Assembly (NCBI GenBank): GCA_038496445.1
Contig: JALMLS010000556.1
Span: forward strand, 1 to 64,000
Origin: Trichosphaerium sp. ATCC 40318
Taxonomy: Eukaryota; Protista; Tubulinea
Direction of reading: 5' to 3'
Length of the DNA stretch: 64,000 nucleotides
This document shows positions 50,901-64,000 of this stretch, one piece after another. The stretch's first letter is position 1, and each line of letters starts with the position of its first letter. The translations under genes were made by a program, and so were the position numbers. Below the pieces are notes generated by a model that worked only from the letters and a program-made list of their open reading frames with translations, did no database searches and was not told the DNA's origin.

Positions 50901-53900
50901 TTTTGAGTGGCTGTAAAAAACAAAGACCGCTGTTAAAGCTAGATAATCCTAATATAAATTTAGCAACGAGAGCATCAGGTATAGATTTATTTTTGCGCTT
51001 TTTCTCATTTTTTTCAGGATTGGTTTACGCCACTGTTGAGAATATCGATTCTCTCGCTTGTCCTCCCAGAGAGATCAAGTTTAAGGCATCGACAAAAGAT
51101 ATATTATTGCATAGTACCGTATACCCATCTACTTTGAGAGTAGACCCAGGTAAACCGACATAATTGTTTTTAGCCTTTTTTACAAAGAAATGACAATACA
51201 TCACTAACGTCGGTTTTAAGGCTCATCAGTTGTATTTGCTGTTACTATTACCACCCCCAACAAAGTTTCAGAGATCAAGATAGGACAAATAAACGTAGAA
51301 GCTGAAACTGGCGACTCAAAACTTCATGTAAGATGAATTAGTGTCACATCGATTTTTTTTACCTTACTAATTGTATAGGCTACTATTAATGTCCGTACAA
51401 CACCTATCATTTGTAAAAGATCTCCTCCTATAGTATCAATACGCTGCCCTCACGTTCTTTTATCAGAGTACGTCCAAAATACATATTGAAGTGTAACCAA
51501 ATAGCTTTCTTTACATTACAATTTTCACTCTTGTACAAAGCTTGTCTTTTAACTCCTCACCTTTGTTTAGAAAGCCAGAATCTATGTTCAGCTGTGCGAT
51601 AACAATTACTAACAAAGATTCGCAAGAGTGTCCTTCATTTAAGTTCAAACTCGACTGGATATCAGGTAAACTACAATATTTGATTGTTACGAAGAATTTA
51701 CTTTCTTTTCATAGAAAGTACACTTCTTAGCGCCAGTAAGAATTCAACACAAGAACAATTAGTAATACCACAAAACGCTTCAACAGTACACTTCAAGATC
51801 AACTACAACCGTAGTGGCATACCAGATTTCATAGCAGGACAAGCAGCAGCTGTAAAACATGCTTTTAATTACTCTGATGACAGTAATCACTCAGCCCACG
51901 TGTACGCCTATTTTAAAGGAAACAGACAAACCGAGATTAAAACGGATATGTTGTGTACTTAATCTCTTATAACTGTTTTTAGATTAAAGCTCAACGAAGT
52001 AACAACTTACTTTGTGAAATGTAAATATAACAGCCCAGAGATAACGATTTTAAGCAAGGACCATTACAACGTAACGAATTACAGTATACTATCAGGTACT
52101 CTAATACCAGTTCTTATTTCTAAATTTTCTGTTATTTCCATTGGTTGCCCTTTTGACGCAAGAGATGATAGCTCTTGATTTAGTTTACTTGTAACTAAAC
52201 CATTCTTAGGAGCCAGAGCATCATGGAAAGTTCAGATTAAGTCCAAAACAGCAGGTGACTGTCCATTTAGTTACTATCAGCTTGGGTTTAATGATACCGA
52301 TGAAGGCTCTAGACTAAATAAGCTAGGATGGAAGGTATTAACACGCAAACACTCTGTACAGCGTAGCTGACTATCGTATTTTTGTAGATTGGGTTTTCCA
52401 GTGCAAAGTTATATCCTGGGCAAAAAAAAGATGTCACCTTATTTGCACAATCTCCTGCTGATGTTAATGGTAACTTTACGTTTGGTCTGAAAGCATATGA
52501 TACACATAATAGAACTTTGAGCGACTCTCTTTCGCTTGGTGTTTCGGTAAACCTTTTTCTTTGAAAAAAAAAAACCAAAAAAGTTTTTGCATGCTTTTTA
52601 GGCGTACACTTGTGTAGCCAAATGATTTTGATCTAACTATAAGAGTGATTTGTACTCAGGAAACAACGCCGATTTGATAATAGTTATACATGTTCTCGCC
52701 AAAAACACATCAACAACTTTTTTCTTATTCTTTCTGATTTTTTTCTTAATCGCTTCTTTTTGTTTTTAGGTGTCAAATTCTTGTGTTATATTTAAACCAA
52801 CATTGGAAATGATCTCTGATGTAATATCAATACCAATGGGAGTATCCAATATGATTAAATACAGCGTAAATACAACAAGCAATGATAAAGGAAATTGTAG
52901 TCATTACAACTATAATTTCAGACCTGGAATATATCCATACAAAGGAAGTATGTTCCTACTACTTATATTAATAGAGTTTAACTCTTTTGTTTGTTTTAGT
53001 CGGTGGGCTTATAGATGCCCATTTAATAGTACAAAATAAGACTGTACCTGGAATATCAGTCAAGTTTGGACCAAGTGAAAGTCTCGTTGTGTACGTGAAC
53101 TATTTTTTTTCGGAAAGCAACATCCATGTCGACTTTATGTTAGTTCTTTCGCATAAAAATTTATTATGTGACGGCACTGGGCTGTCATTAGGTCTAGTGT
53201 CGCATACCTATGGGCAGATATTTATTTGTTTTTTTCTAAAACCTTTATCTCCACACCTTGAACAACGAGCCCTAATGTATTTAGGGACGTTGTTATCGAA
53301 ACAAAAGAAAATTTACCTCCGGGAAACTATACTGTAGCTTTATCAAGCAGTGATCAATTCAGAGAGCCAGGACATTCTGAAACTGAGAAGCTCAGATTTG
53401 AAGTTATGTGCCCTCTACCAAAGTCAGTAGGTAATTTATCTATTTGGCATGATACTAGTAAAGTATTCGGCTCATCAGAAGGAATCACACTTACGTACGT
53501 TGACATGGTTGTTGTTTTAGTTTAAAGTACTAAAACGCGCTTTGTGCTTCTTACTACCTTATTGTCTCTCATTTGTATGTTTATTATTGTAGTTGGGTAG
53601 CTTGTACAATGCCTAATGAGTGTTGTTGTCCATGTAAATGGGAAGTTACTAGAGCAGGAGGTAACGGTTTCTTTACTATTTTTATTTTTTTTGTTGTTTT
53701 TTTTTGTAAACCTTGTTTTAGTTGTTCTTGGCGTTACACCTTATCATAACCTCACTGTATCATCGAGCTTATCTGAATCGGGTATAGAGTACGAGTATAA
53801 AGTTGTAACTATTGATCGTTTTGGACGACGTTCTGATGAAAACACGTGTGGTTACAGCATTAAAGCGTACGTAGCCTGATTTTCTAGTTTTCGTTCCTAC

Positions 53901-54402
53901 AACGCCAATGGCTCCTTTATAACCTTTTTTATTTAGTGTCTCAAATGCAAGTAACAGTATTTTGATATTGCTCCTCGCACTACTAGGTAAGCAAAGCGCT
54001 TTGTTTCCAAACCAAGGGATGTGTCAAAGAAATTTGTGCTTCTTAACTTAAGCTTTTGCTGCGCAGTTATTTTAATCGCCATTGCTACAATTTGTTTATA
54101 TTTGCACTACCAGAATAGTCTAGAACATACTTGAGTTTCTATAACCTTCCTTGGGTTCTAGAAAATCCACAACTTTCGAGAATTTCTCAAACCAATGTGT
54201 ACTGAATATTAATGTTTCTTCTAGGTTCTCTTATCGTACCTATGTTTCTTTGTAGTGGAGAGACAATAAAACATTGTCTACGAGCTCGAGGTACGTATTG
54301 GGATTGTACGTTATATTGTTACTGACTATTTGTGCCACCAGGAAAATGTTATTTTTGAAAAGAAACAAAAATGCAACAAATTTCTTAGACCAACATATGT
54401 AA
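47913..54402 (+). CDS. Membrane-anchored peptidase M11 (gametolysin-like) metalloprotease with repeated NEW3/Ig-like domains and an FN3-like domain; 3' end approximate
   Basis: Signal peptide; HELGHNLGLPHA zinc motif (~49137); EYGDPTAIMG Met-turn; FNAPHR; repeated (I/V)xNxDxxxCxxxxF units; YEYKVVTIDRFGRRS; C-terminal TM. Confidence 0.8.
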
Positions 54403-54999
54403 ATAAACAAAAATATTGCGTAATCTTTCACTAGTACAAGGAAGGGGGAGCATCGCTTTTGAGACAGTTTCGAAATTTTGATATGTCGACTTCTACTTAA
54501 ACGTTTCCGCCTCTGTATGGGCTTTACATGCGTAGAAGAGCCAAGTTCGACTATTTGTATGCTTTTCAGGAGCGTTGTGAGCGAGAGGAAAAAGCCTAAA
54601 AAGGTGTGAGGTTTCTTTGTAAACACGCCAAAAGCGATACTTGGCGAGAGTCGCTTTGCTCGCGTAACAGAGTTACTTCAACCAATCAAAAAAAGAAAGT
54701 TGTTTTCAGTTCAGTACTACAATGAGGTGTGCTTTCAATGCACCGGTTTTATACTTAATTGGTACGTTCTCTCAAGCCAAAGGCAGGAATAGCCTTTCGT
54801 ACGAGATTACGGTAATGAAGTTCCGTTTCACAAAAGAAGTACATATAACTACCAAAAATAGGCAAACTCATAGTTTAGATCCAATTGTTGTGAAGTGGTA
54901 GTGTAATTGAGTACACAGTCTACTCCAATTTTAAGAGATTCCGAAAACACGATGCACAAAAAAGGTTGTTGTACACTAAATTAGTACAAACTCCTTACT

Positions 55000-56262
55000 A
55001 TGGCAACGGGTAGTAGATTGTGCGTATTTATTGCACTCTTGTGCATTACTTGCACTATTGCAGCAGAATACCAAGTAGATGACTACAAACTCGGTAATGG
55101 GCTAAATGATTCTCGTACAATCATCAACGCACTGCAAAGCATCCAACCAGGAGATACTCTTCTATTTTCTGAGCGTTTGTACAAAATTAAGCAACCAATC
55201 CTCATAGAAACGTCTGTACACCTCAGAGGCGTAGGATATAGTACTATTCTGCGATACACTGGCGACGTAGACCAGTACGGGCACTACGCAAACCTTTTGG
55301 GCCGCGCTATGCGAGTTGGAATACTTAACGTATACGCTGACGACGTTACTGTAACGGATATGACAATAGATCAAAACTTTAGAGGGTCTGGAAGGTCAGA
55401 TGGAGAGTCCGCGATAATAGGGAGTCTTCTTATCGGTGGCGCTTACACTGGCGCAAAGAAAAACGTCCATAACGTTCATGTTCGGAATATCCGATTTTAC
55501 GATTACTACGGAGACGCTTGTTCGAATCACTTGACAAAGACAATTGGAGCAATTATAGAGGACTGTAAGTTTATATCTTCTTATATCGTAGGAGGATGGG
55601 AAACTGCTGGTACCTTTGGGGAACAAGCCATCAGTTTCAGTGTTGGCGAGGATATCGTCATCAGAAATAACCTTATTCAAGGCGCACTTGATGACGCTAT
55701 TGCAATTCATCGATCGTCTTCTAATGTCCTTATCGAGAATAACTTTATATCTACCACTGGAGGACGTATTCTTGTTGGTGGTACAAATGGCGCTATTGTT
55801 ACTAACAATCGTATTGTTTATATCCAACAAGGAGCTTATGCTATTTTAATAACTTATGAACATCAAGCTCGTCACGTGACATTGAATAATAATATTCAAG
55901 TCACAGACAATACAATCATATCTAAAGACCGTGATAATCGGTTGTTCTCGACAGGTATCTTCTTATGGGCGTCTGGTGAAGATATAACTGTTACCGGTAA
56001 TAGAATTATTCAAGCAAGTGGATTAGGCGTTGCAGGTATAAGAGTAAAAGCTCGATGGCACGAAAGTGGTTGGTTCTCAACCAGGGATGCTACTATTACT
56101 GGTAATACTGTAAACGGGTTTACGCATGGTGTACGTGTACAACTACCTGAAGAAGATATTGATACTATTGACGTTGAGGGCAATATCTACGGAAATAATA
56201 TTAAATATGAGTACACTTCGTTAACTATGACCACAGAAAGTCCTACTCCAAACAACGCGTAG
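55000..56262 (+). CDS. Intronless secreted right-handed parallel beta-helix (pectin lyase-like) protein
   Basis: 420-aa ORF; signal peptide; G(N)GLNDSRTIINAL...GDTLLF start; IRNNLI/IENNFI/ITGNTV repeats; DDAIAI. Confidence 0.85.
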   Translation: MATGSRLCVFIALLCITCTIAAEYQVDDYKLGNGLNDSRTIINALQSIQPGDTLLFSERLYKIKQPILIETSVHLRGVGYSTILRYTGDVDQYGHYANLLGRAMRVGILNVYADDVTVTDMTIDQNFRGSGRSDGESAIIGSLLIGGAYTGAKKNVHNVHVRNIRFYDYYGDACSNHLTKTIGAIIEDCKFISSYIVGGWETAGTFGEQAISFSVGEDIVIRNNLIQGALDDAIAIHRSSSNVLIENNFISTTGGRILVGGTNGAIVTNNRIVYIQQGAYAILITYEHQARHVTLNNNIQVTDNTIISKDRDNRLFSTGIFLWASGEDITVTGNRIIQASGLGVAGIRVKARWHESGWFSTRDATITGNTVNGFTHGVRVQLPEEDIDTIDVEGNIYGNNIKYEYTSLTMTTESPTPNNA

Positions 56263-56992
56263 TCTGAATAACAAGTCTTCAATAAATACAAGTTCAAGAA
56301 GTAGCACTCTTTGTTGGTTTTTACATAAATTTCATCATTCCTCTCTTTTTTCTTCAAATCCGTCATTTATAAGAAACATTTACTGGAAAAGTTCTTTGTC
56401 GTAAAGAAGTCGCCGCAAAGCTTTGAAGGTATCACGTGAGCAAGGAAACCTAGTCTCACATTTCTTCAAAAGGAGGGTAGGTTACCTTCCTTTGTTAGAA
56501 GAACCATTGCGCCAGCTAGACAACAAATACGCGATTGTTTGGGAGATAAGACAACGTCTTAGTGGCTATCAATAGCGCACTTATTGTGTATATTTGTACA
56601 TTAAAAATACTACAGTACACTTGTGCGGAATTACAATACATTCTGTAAAGAAATGAATTTTTCAAGAAAAACAAAGAAAGAGGGAAAAAAAAAATTTTGT
56701 AAAGAAAATGCAGGTTTCAAGGGGTTGGGTTTGTGGGCGTTGTTGATATTAGCCACAGTTAATCGTGTTGGTGTTTCTTCTGTCTAGTTTGAGTTCAGCC
56801 TCACGAATTCAAACGCCTGAAATGCCAGACATATTCATCCATTACATTTATTCTTGGTTATCAGGTTTGGGTACAAAGCTGTCTTTTCTTACCATTTGGT
56901 TTCAAAAGAGGAATATGGAAAGACAGCAGGCTGCTTTTAAGGTTGTCAAAACAAAGGAGTCAAGGATTTAATAGTAATATTACAACATGCTT

Positions 56993-59739
56993 TTATTTAT
57001 CCAATAAATCTCCCCAGCGTTCTGCTGTTGATGTCAACACGGTTTTGAAACGTGTGTCAAGCGTTTGCCATTCTTCTGTTTTCATAAAAGTGTTCAAGCG
57101 TTTTATAATATGGAACATAGTAACTGCACGAACATTTGTTGCCATGTATACATCACTTATTGTAAACAAAAACAAAGCATTGCTGTCATCAACGGCTTTG
57201 CATATAATTTCTTCCAACTAGAATAAATAATAAGTATGTGGAATAGATTCTCAGGCAGTCTGTTACCACCCAAAAACGAATGTCAACTATATTACAACAG
57301 CTGAAAAAAGAAACTAAAAAAGTTCACAATATTGCCGAACAACAGCACAGTTCAAACTTCCTTCGTCTCTTGGAGGTTTTTAAAAACACCCATGCGTGAA
57401 GTTTATAAGCAAAATAAAACCTAAGGTGTGATGGCGGTAAACAAAAAGCGTACTATATGTGAAAGACCTTCCAGACCGAATATTTTGTTTGAAAACATCA
57501 AAAGCTCAACAGCAAGCTGACCTTGTTCTTCACTTATCTCAACTTTATCTGTATACAAGTACTCCAAAGTAGCTTTAAACACTTCATCACTAGCTCCTGG
57601 TATCCTTATAGTTTTTGATCGTCCTTCGGCATACCCAGAAGAGAGCATTGTTGAGTAGTAATCACAACGTGAAAGAAGAAACTTATGTGCATGAACAATT
57701 GTTCCCTGATCAGTAAACAATTAACATAACTTTTTTGTTGCAAACTGAACTTACGCTATCAAGCTCTATGTCAATATCACTGTATTCAAGGCTATCAATA
57801 AAACCATGTATGTAGTCGGTTATTTCCTCCTCAGGTAAAGGAACTAACTCTTTGCTGAGATAAATATCGCACAGCCTTATAAGGCGCTTTGGGAATCCTA
57901 GATAAAACCCAAGAATTAGCAAGATGTGACGTTGTTCTTAGTCTTTAATACCTAGGCTTTCGGCCATGTCTTTTGTTGTTCTAGCCATTATATTAGACGT
58001 TATATTAATGCTGTCAGTGTAGAGATAAATCAATAAAGGAAGGAAATCAGAGCTTAATGTAAAATCCAAAACTATCCGGGCTTTGTTTCCAGTTAAACAC
58101 TCAAAGAATGTAGCTCTTGCTAGTATTAGAGCGTGAGCTTGTATTTCTTTATCTTTTAAAACAATAGTTACTTCTTGAAATACTCCAGTGCAACCTAATA
58201 ACGAATTGTAAGCACGTGAGACAAATAACAGAACAAAAGGACATAGGTTCTTTTGAATGTAACAAAAATGTGATTTCGAACCTGTAATTGGATCTAGATC
58301 CATTTTTATACTTGTTATATCCTTTCTCTCTCTTGAATCAGATATCGCAAAATCAGAAATGAACTTTACAATCACTTTAGCACCCTACAACAACAAAAAA
58401 AAAGTCAGACTTTTTCGCATTTCAAAAAACAATATCACGTGCTTTTTTTCTTATTAGCTTAGGTGGAAATTCAAGATTTTCATTACCACGAAGTATTAAT
58501 ACATTTAACTTCTTGAGTTGACCAACTTCCGCTGGTAATTTTTCGATTTCGTTGTCAGCCAGGTTAAGTTCGCATAACTTAGTCAACTTTCCGATTTCTC
58601 GAGGAATGTGTTTAATCTACAATCTTATTAGCAGTTCGTTACGCGTTTTAAAGTGTTTTTACATAGTTTCCTGCTAGTTTTAGCTCTTCTAGATTTGTTA
58701 AGCGTCCAATTTGCGGAGGGATCACTGATAGCTTATTCCCTGTTAAATATAGCTCCCTCAGGGAGTACATATTTAAAACAGGTAACGGTATCTCTTTAAT
58801 AAAGTTCTGGCTGTTTAAAATAAGCTTATACGTAAAGTATTGCTTCATACCTCAAAGACAGCATTAAAACGCCGTCTTTAAACTCATCGGTGCTTGTAAT
58901 GTAATAAATGCCTTCGTCTACATGGCATATCCGCTTGGGTGGTTCAGACATCGAAGAAGCTCTGCTGAGAATATAACAGGCAACGTTTAGTGTATTTTTT
59001 GGCGAATTTAGAAGAATGTAAAGTCGAACTTCAGAGAAGGGTCAAGAATAACATATATCGCTTCTGATTGAATTCTCTTCTTTCACGTGGCTTAATGTTT
59101 CAGTAATTGCTTGACATAATTGACTTGGATATTTATCCATAAAAACTACTATCTTAAGTATAAACCTGATAGAGGGGTTTTTTTTTTCTGACATTGGCCG
59201 CCAAGGAATTAAAACGATATCAGCTGCACTCACGGAAGTCAAGCTGTCTAGTCGGGGTGTATACTTGCTGCACAAACCTTTCAAGAAAGATACCGTTACC
59301 TTGTACAAAGCATCATCTCAAAACGAGATAGTCTACAAGATATCTCCTTTTCGAACTATAAATCCAAGCGTAACAACGTTATTGACGATCACTACACAAC
59401 TTAATATTCGGTTAGTACGTAGTTAAGCTAAATATGGAAATAGTACATAGAATGTGATACCAAGAACAAAACGAATTTTCCGAGTTCCACCGAGAAAAAT
59501 CTTCGTTGAATTGAAAAGTGAGACCAGATACGATTGCCCTAAATGTTGTCTAGGGTTACATGTATTCATATATACAGTATTTTATGTGATGGCACGACTT
59601 GTTGGGTACTTCCTCTTTTACGCTTACCTTGCCGTACTATCTCAGAAACCAGTTTTTCTTGTAAAACTTTTGGTAGCGATTCACGTTGTTCCCCTAGCGC
59701 CACACTAAAAACCACGCTCGCAAATGTTTGACATCCCAT
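56993..59739 (-). CDS. LRR + tandem BTB/POZ (+BACK-like) protein
   Basis: LRELYLTGNKLSVIPPQIGRLTNLEELKL LRRs; IQAHALILAR...YLYTD and VHAHKFLLSRCDYY...LEYLYTD BTBs; putative start MGCQ at 59739. Confidence 0.8.
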
Positions 59740-60835
59740 ACTATATCCAGTTACTAGAAGCTTAGCCTTTCTAGTGTACTATAATCTTTTTGAGGTATTT
59801 TGGTAAAAGTTCGGGTAAAACTCTTGTAGTGTAAGGGAAGTCTTCCCATCCCAAAAACTTGTGCATCTTGAGAGTTCAAAATACTCTGTTAGTATTTGGG
59901 AAGTCCCTTTTTACCCGTCTTATAGACGTTTATATTGTACACTTTATGATAGTCATGTGATAAAACCCAGCACCCATTCTTTTTCAAGAGTCAATTTTTG
60001 TTTTGACTTGCGCACCAGTGTGGTTTGTAGCGCGATTGTGTTTATTATGAATACAGTCTATTCTGTAGCACGTATTTATTAGTATGTGGTATGATAGTTA
60101 TGAAATTTTAAAATTTTAGGTTTGCAGTAGATGGGTTCTTGTTGTGTAGTTTTTTTTGTCGGATCAATGTCTCGGGTTTTGCTGCTAGTTGGGTTCCGAG
60201 TTACAAAAAATCTCATCCTGCATCCAACCTATCTATTCTTCTATGCTTACGAGTAATAGTAAATAACCAATTATTTCAATTGGTTGCGCTAGAAGCACTT
60301 TAGTTTGGGGACATGGCGAGGGTTTTGTTGAAAAAGTAAAAACGGCATATAAGGGTGTTGTAGCCTAATCGAGATAGTGAAGAACAGTTTCATTTGGAGC
60401 GTGCAGATAGGATTCACTTTTATGTGTACCGCTAGCGTTGGTAGTGTGAGTGATACAAACTTTTTCCTCCAAGGATGCGACAACTCTTCCTCCTTCTTTC
60501 AATTTGCCTGTGTGTATTCGCAGCAGGTTCAAGACATTACATAGCACAAAATGTTGATATACGCAACCGTCCTCATGTTCAAGTACGATCTAACGTCATC
60601 ACCAAGTAAGAAAGTAACACGTTTAATAACAGGGTACAATCTCAGCTTCAGACTTCTTCTATGACCAAGACGCTCAAACCATTGGATGGTACATAACCTT
60701 TTTATACAAAAACACCAAAAATGGCTAAACACTTAGTTGAACTTCTTCGGTTGGAGAAAACTAAACTGTGCTTTTCCACGCGTTTCTTTTCTTTTAAATT
60801 TCATACACCCGAACTACAAAGCATTCACTTTGCTT

Positions 60836-63800
60836 ATGGATAATACCGTGACGTGGTTATTGTTTTCGTTTACGTAGAAATCACAAAGGCATTAAAAACT
60901 TTAGTCAAATCACAAAAGATCGCTCGATTTGTGACTTGTGCTTTTTTTTCGAGTCTCGAGGTTCGCTTTATCTCACTTATTCTAGGATATACAACGGAAC
61001 AAACGCTGGATCATTGAGTGAGGCTTATATTTACAAAGAGGTATCACGTGATTAAGAATTCTGTTTAAGCTGCGTACTTACTTTGACGCCAGAATATTCG
61101 CCTTCGTAAGTGCGAGAGTAGTTGTGAAGCTTTTGGAGAAGAAAGAAACATACCAGTACTCACATCGTCTGGTAATACAAAAGCGGACCGTAATGGTTGT
61201 AAATGTTGGAACGTGAGCCCCAATGCAGGTAGCGGACAAGTTACTGAACTCTGCTTCAGCGGAAATAAAATATGCTTGTACGTATCTGTCTTTGCGACTA
61301 AATCTTTTTAACACGTTGAATAGCGTTAAATTTAAGAGTGGCGAAGAATGGATTTTCGATCATACCAAAGTCCAATTGAGCTCTAACTTCCCTGACAATG
61401 CTTTCTTGGAAGATCAGTATGTTGTTTTTACCCAAAAAAGTTTATGTAATTCTTATTTTTCTGTTTTAGATCTTCACGTGATGGTTGTACAGATGAGTGT
61501 GCACAAGTTTTCGATATTGTCATGGTTCTTGATGAATCTGGAAGTATCGGCCCCGCACAAGTATGCTAGGATATATTTGCTTTCTGCTTGGGCAACGTTT
61601 TGCTGTGATATGTTAGTACTGATGTTAACTTTAGTGGGAAGATTTGCTAGGATTCGCCAAGCGACTTGTAAATGCATTCAAAGTTGGTAGAAATGATGCA
61701 AACTTTGGTATGTTCATGTGAATCCTTCAACCGTAATAGTTGTTTACTTGTATCTTACTTAATTTTCTCAGCATTAAAACTGTATGCTGAGACTGGAAGA
61801 AGTCTTTTGCCGCTTTCTGGAAGTAAATCCACAATTATAAATCAACTCAACAGTAAGTACTGCCTTCTACATCGTTTTTTGAAACGCTTTGTTTAACATT
61901 TATCTTACAGACATCAACAAAAAAAATGGATTCACTTGTATCGGATGTGGTATGGAACTAGCGTACAATGAGCTTCAAAGCAATAAAAGACCAGGTGTTC
62001 CAGGTGTATGTGATTTATTTACCAACTTCTTCTTCATTTTGTGGATAATTAACACGTGATTTTAGCTTATCTTGACATTGACTGATGGTGTAAACAACAG
62101 ACCTTGTGATAGAAATGCATGCGGGGGTGACTGTATACGGTACTAAAACAGCTAAAGGGCGATTTATTGCTTGTACACACTAATTGAACGTCATAGTGAT
62201 GGTGATTGTAAATGTTGTAGAGGAACTCCTCCGTACGGAACCGGTTTTGTTGAAAACCTTATTTACTCTGACTTGTTAGAGATTTTGGACCTGGTGGACA
62301 AAGATGTCAAAACTGTGGAGGAAGAGATGAACTTGAGCTATGGAGTGATAGAGCAAAGAGTGTATGTTACTTTGCTTTTGTTTAGCCGCAACTGACATGT
62401 GTTTTGTTCTAGGCTGGATACAAACTTGTTTCTATTGCTGTCGGTGATAACACTTCTCCACTTGATCTAGAAACTATCTCAAGTGGGCCTGCTGATATTA
62501 TTAAAGTCGATAACTTTGCTGCTCTTGATGAAAAACTTCAAAACATTCTTTCTGTTATTTGCCCAGGTACATCCAACATTTTGTTGTAAGATTAATCTTT
62601 CTAGTGAACAACGGAAATGATTGCGGTGTTGCCTGTAATGGAGCTTGTCATTGTGGACAAGAATGTACATGCCCTTCAAGTATGTCAGAAACGAGCACAT
62701 TCATGTCTTTTTTCTCTCAATGCTTGTTTTTAAAGTCTAAGTTCTTGTTTAGAATGTGAACCAAAGGACTTCTGTCATGAATCAATATGTGTCAAAGCTG
62801 CTGGATTCGCTTGCGTAGAGACTGAGAAGAATTGTAACGACAATAACCGATGTACAAGAGATACTTGTGATCCTAAAAGTAAGTTGAAACAAAACATTCG
62901 ATTCATCTTGTACTCATGTATTTGTTCCTTAGAACCTGGTGGTTGCTCAAATGACCCAATAAAGTGTGATAGTAAGTCAAAGTGTATAATCGATGACTGT
63001 AGACCAAATGTTGGTGTAAGTTGAGTAGAAAACTCACTTTATCAAAACCAAGCTAACTCGTTTTGTTCACTTAGTGCACAACAAAACCTGTAGTCTGTCC
63101 GGTGGCAAACAAATGCGAAGTACCAATATGTGATCCTATAACGGGATGTAGTACAAAGGACATCAAACAAGAAGATTGCAAGATGCAAGCCCCAGTGGCT
63201 ACTAGGGTACCTATTTGATAGCACCTTTATTTTTTGTATCTTCCATAGCTAAGGTTTCTCCTTTAGAACGAATGTTGGGAACATTGGTGTGATGATGGTA
63301 AAGGTTGTTTAAGAAAACAAAAGGATTGTAGTGGTGATAACAAATGTAAAAACTATGGCTGTGATCCTACATCAGGTAATCATCATTATTCTTTCACAAA
63401 ATTCGATGATTTTGTTTTGAAGGTTCTTTACTTACGCTTAAAACCAGGCTGTACTATGGAAGACAAGGACTGCACTCAAAATGACAAGTGTAAAGAATAC
63501 TCTTGCCTTCGTACGTCTTAAGAAAAAAGCTGCTTCTTTTTTTGTATCACGTGTTTTGATCATAATTCTTCTTTTTTTTGTGTTTACTCATATGCTTAAC
63601 TTTTTTAACATTCAGCAAATGTCGGTTGCCGTGCTGAACCAAGAACTTGTGACGATACCAAAGTTTGTACAGAAAATGTGTGCCTTTCCAATGGAACGTA
63701 CGAACATCAAAACAACTGAAGAACATGAATTTGTTTTGACAGTTTCCTCTGTTTTTAGCTTTGTTAGTTATGTATTAACACTATATACACTAGGTGTATA

Positions 63801-64000
63801 AACCCTGATCTAAATTGCAGTGTATGTCAATTTACGGACACTGCGCAATTTGTTGACTGTGATGCAGTGTTTAAGGATGAACTCGATGTACTATGGGTTG
63901 TTGCCAAACAATTTCTAAGTCAATTGTTGTTTTAGGCCAACAAGTGTTTGGAGGCTTATTGCGATACAATGGGTACTGGCGCAACTCCACCAGAAAACTG
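60836..64000 (+). CDS. vWA domain + slime-mould-type Cys-rich repeat extracellular protein; start uncertain, runs off the window
   Basis: DIVMVLDESGS (MIDAS), GFTCIGCG, LTDG; repeats CNDNNRCTRDTCDP..GGC, CSGDNKCKNYGCDPTSGC, CDDTKVCTENVC. Confidence 0.8.

Noticed and set aside
55162-55849. Antisense and alternate-frame ORFs over real genes (also 5648-5965, 8483-9061, 26888-27153 etc.)
   Set aside because: Shadow ORFs without motifs, overlapping well-supported genes.
59800-60750. Short ORFs between the LRR-BTB and vWA genes
   Set aside because: No consistent spliced model or motif could be built.
1-64000. Non-standard genetic code as the cause of fragmented ORFs
   Set aside because: Stops fall inside GT-AG introns, and spliced genes end in TAA, TAG or TGA under the standard code.

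Overview
AT-rich, gene-dense eukaryotic (protist-type) DNA with very many short (~40-60 bp) spliceosomal introns, so the ORF track shows only exon fragments. All gene models below were spliced by hand. The mix of a hybrid histidine kinase-adenylyl cyclase and slime-mould-type Cys repeats suggests an amoebozoan-like organism (inference). The main finding is a 14-kb cluster (23.0-37.0 kb) of three paralogous genes, each encoding an N-terminal ankyrin array, an uncharacterised middle domain, a PARP-like ADP-ribosyltransferase domain with an intact H-Y-E triad, and a C-terminal coiled coil. Each ankyrin unit sits on its own ~99-bp phase-1/phase-1 exon and repeat number differs between paralogs (~8, ~15-16, ~15). 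The catalytic core is homogenised between two paralogs by a ~609-bp inverted near-identical tract that includes introns. This looks like a diversifying sensor-effector (immune-like) family. Other notable items: a stand-alone divergent copy of only the Prp8 RNase H-like domain, an intron-containing bacterial-type MerT transporter, an HK-4xREC-class IIIb adenylyl cyclase, a frameshifted intronless F-box/MORN gene of giant-virus-like architecture, several MITE/foldback elements and a strongly over-represented TCACGTGA palindrome. No rRNA, tRNA or CRISPR array was seen.
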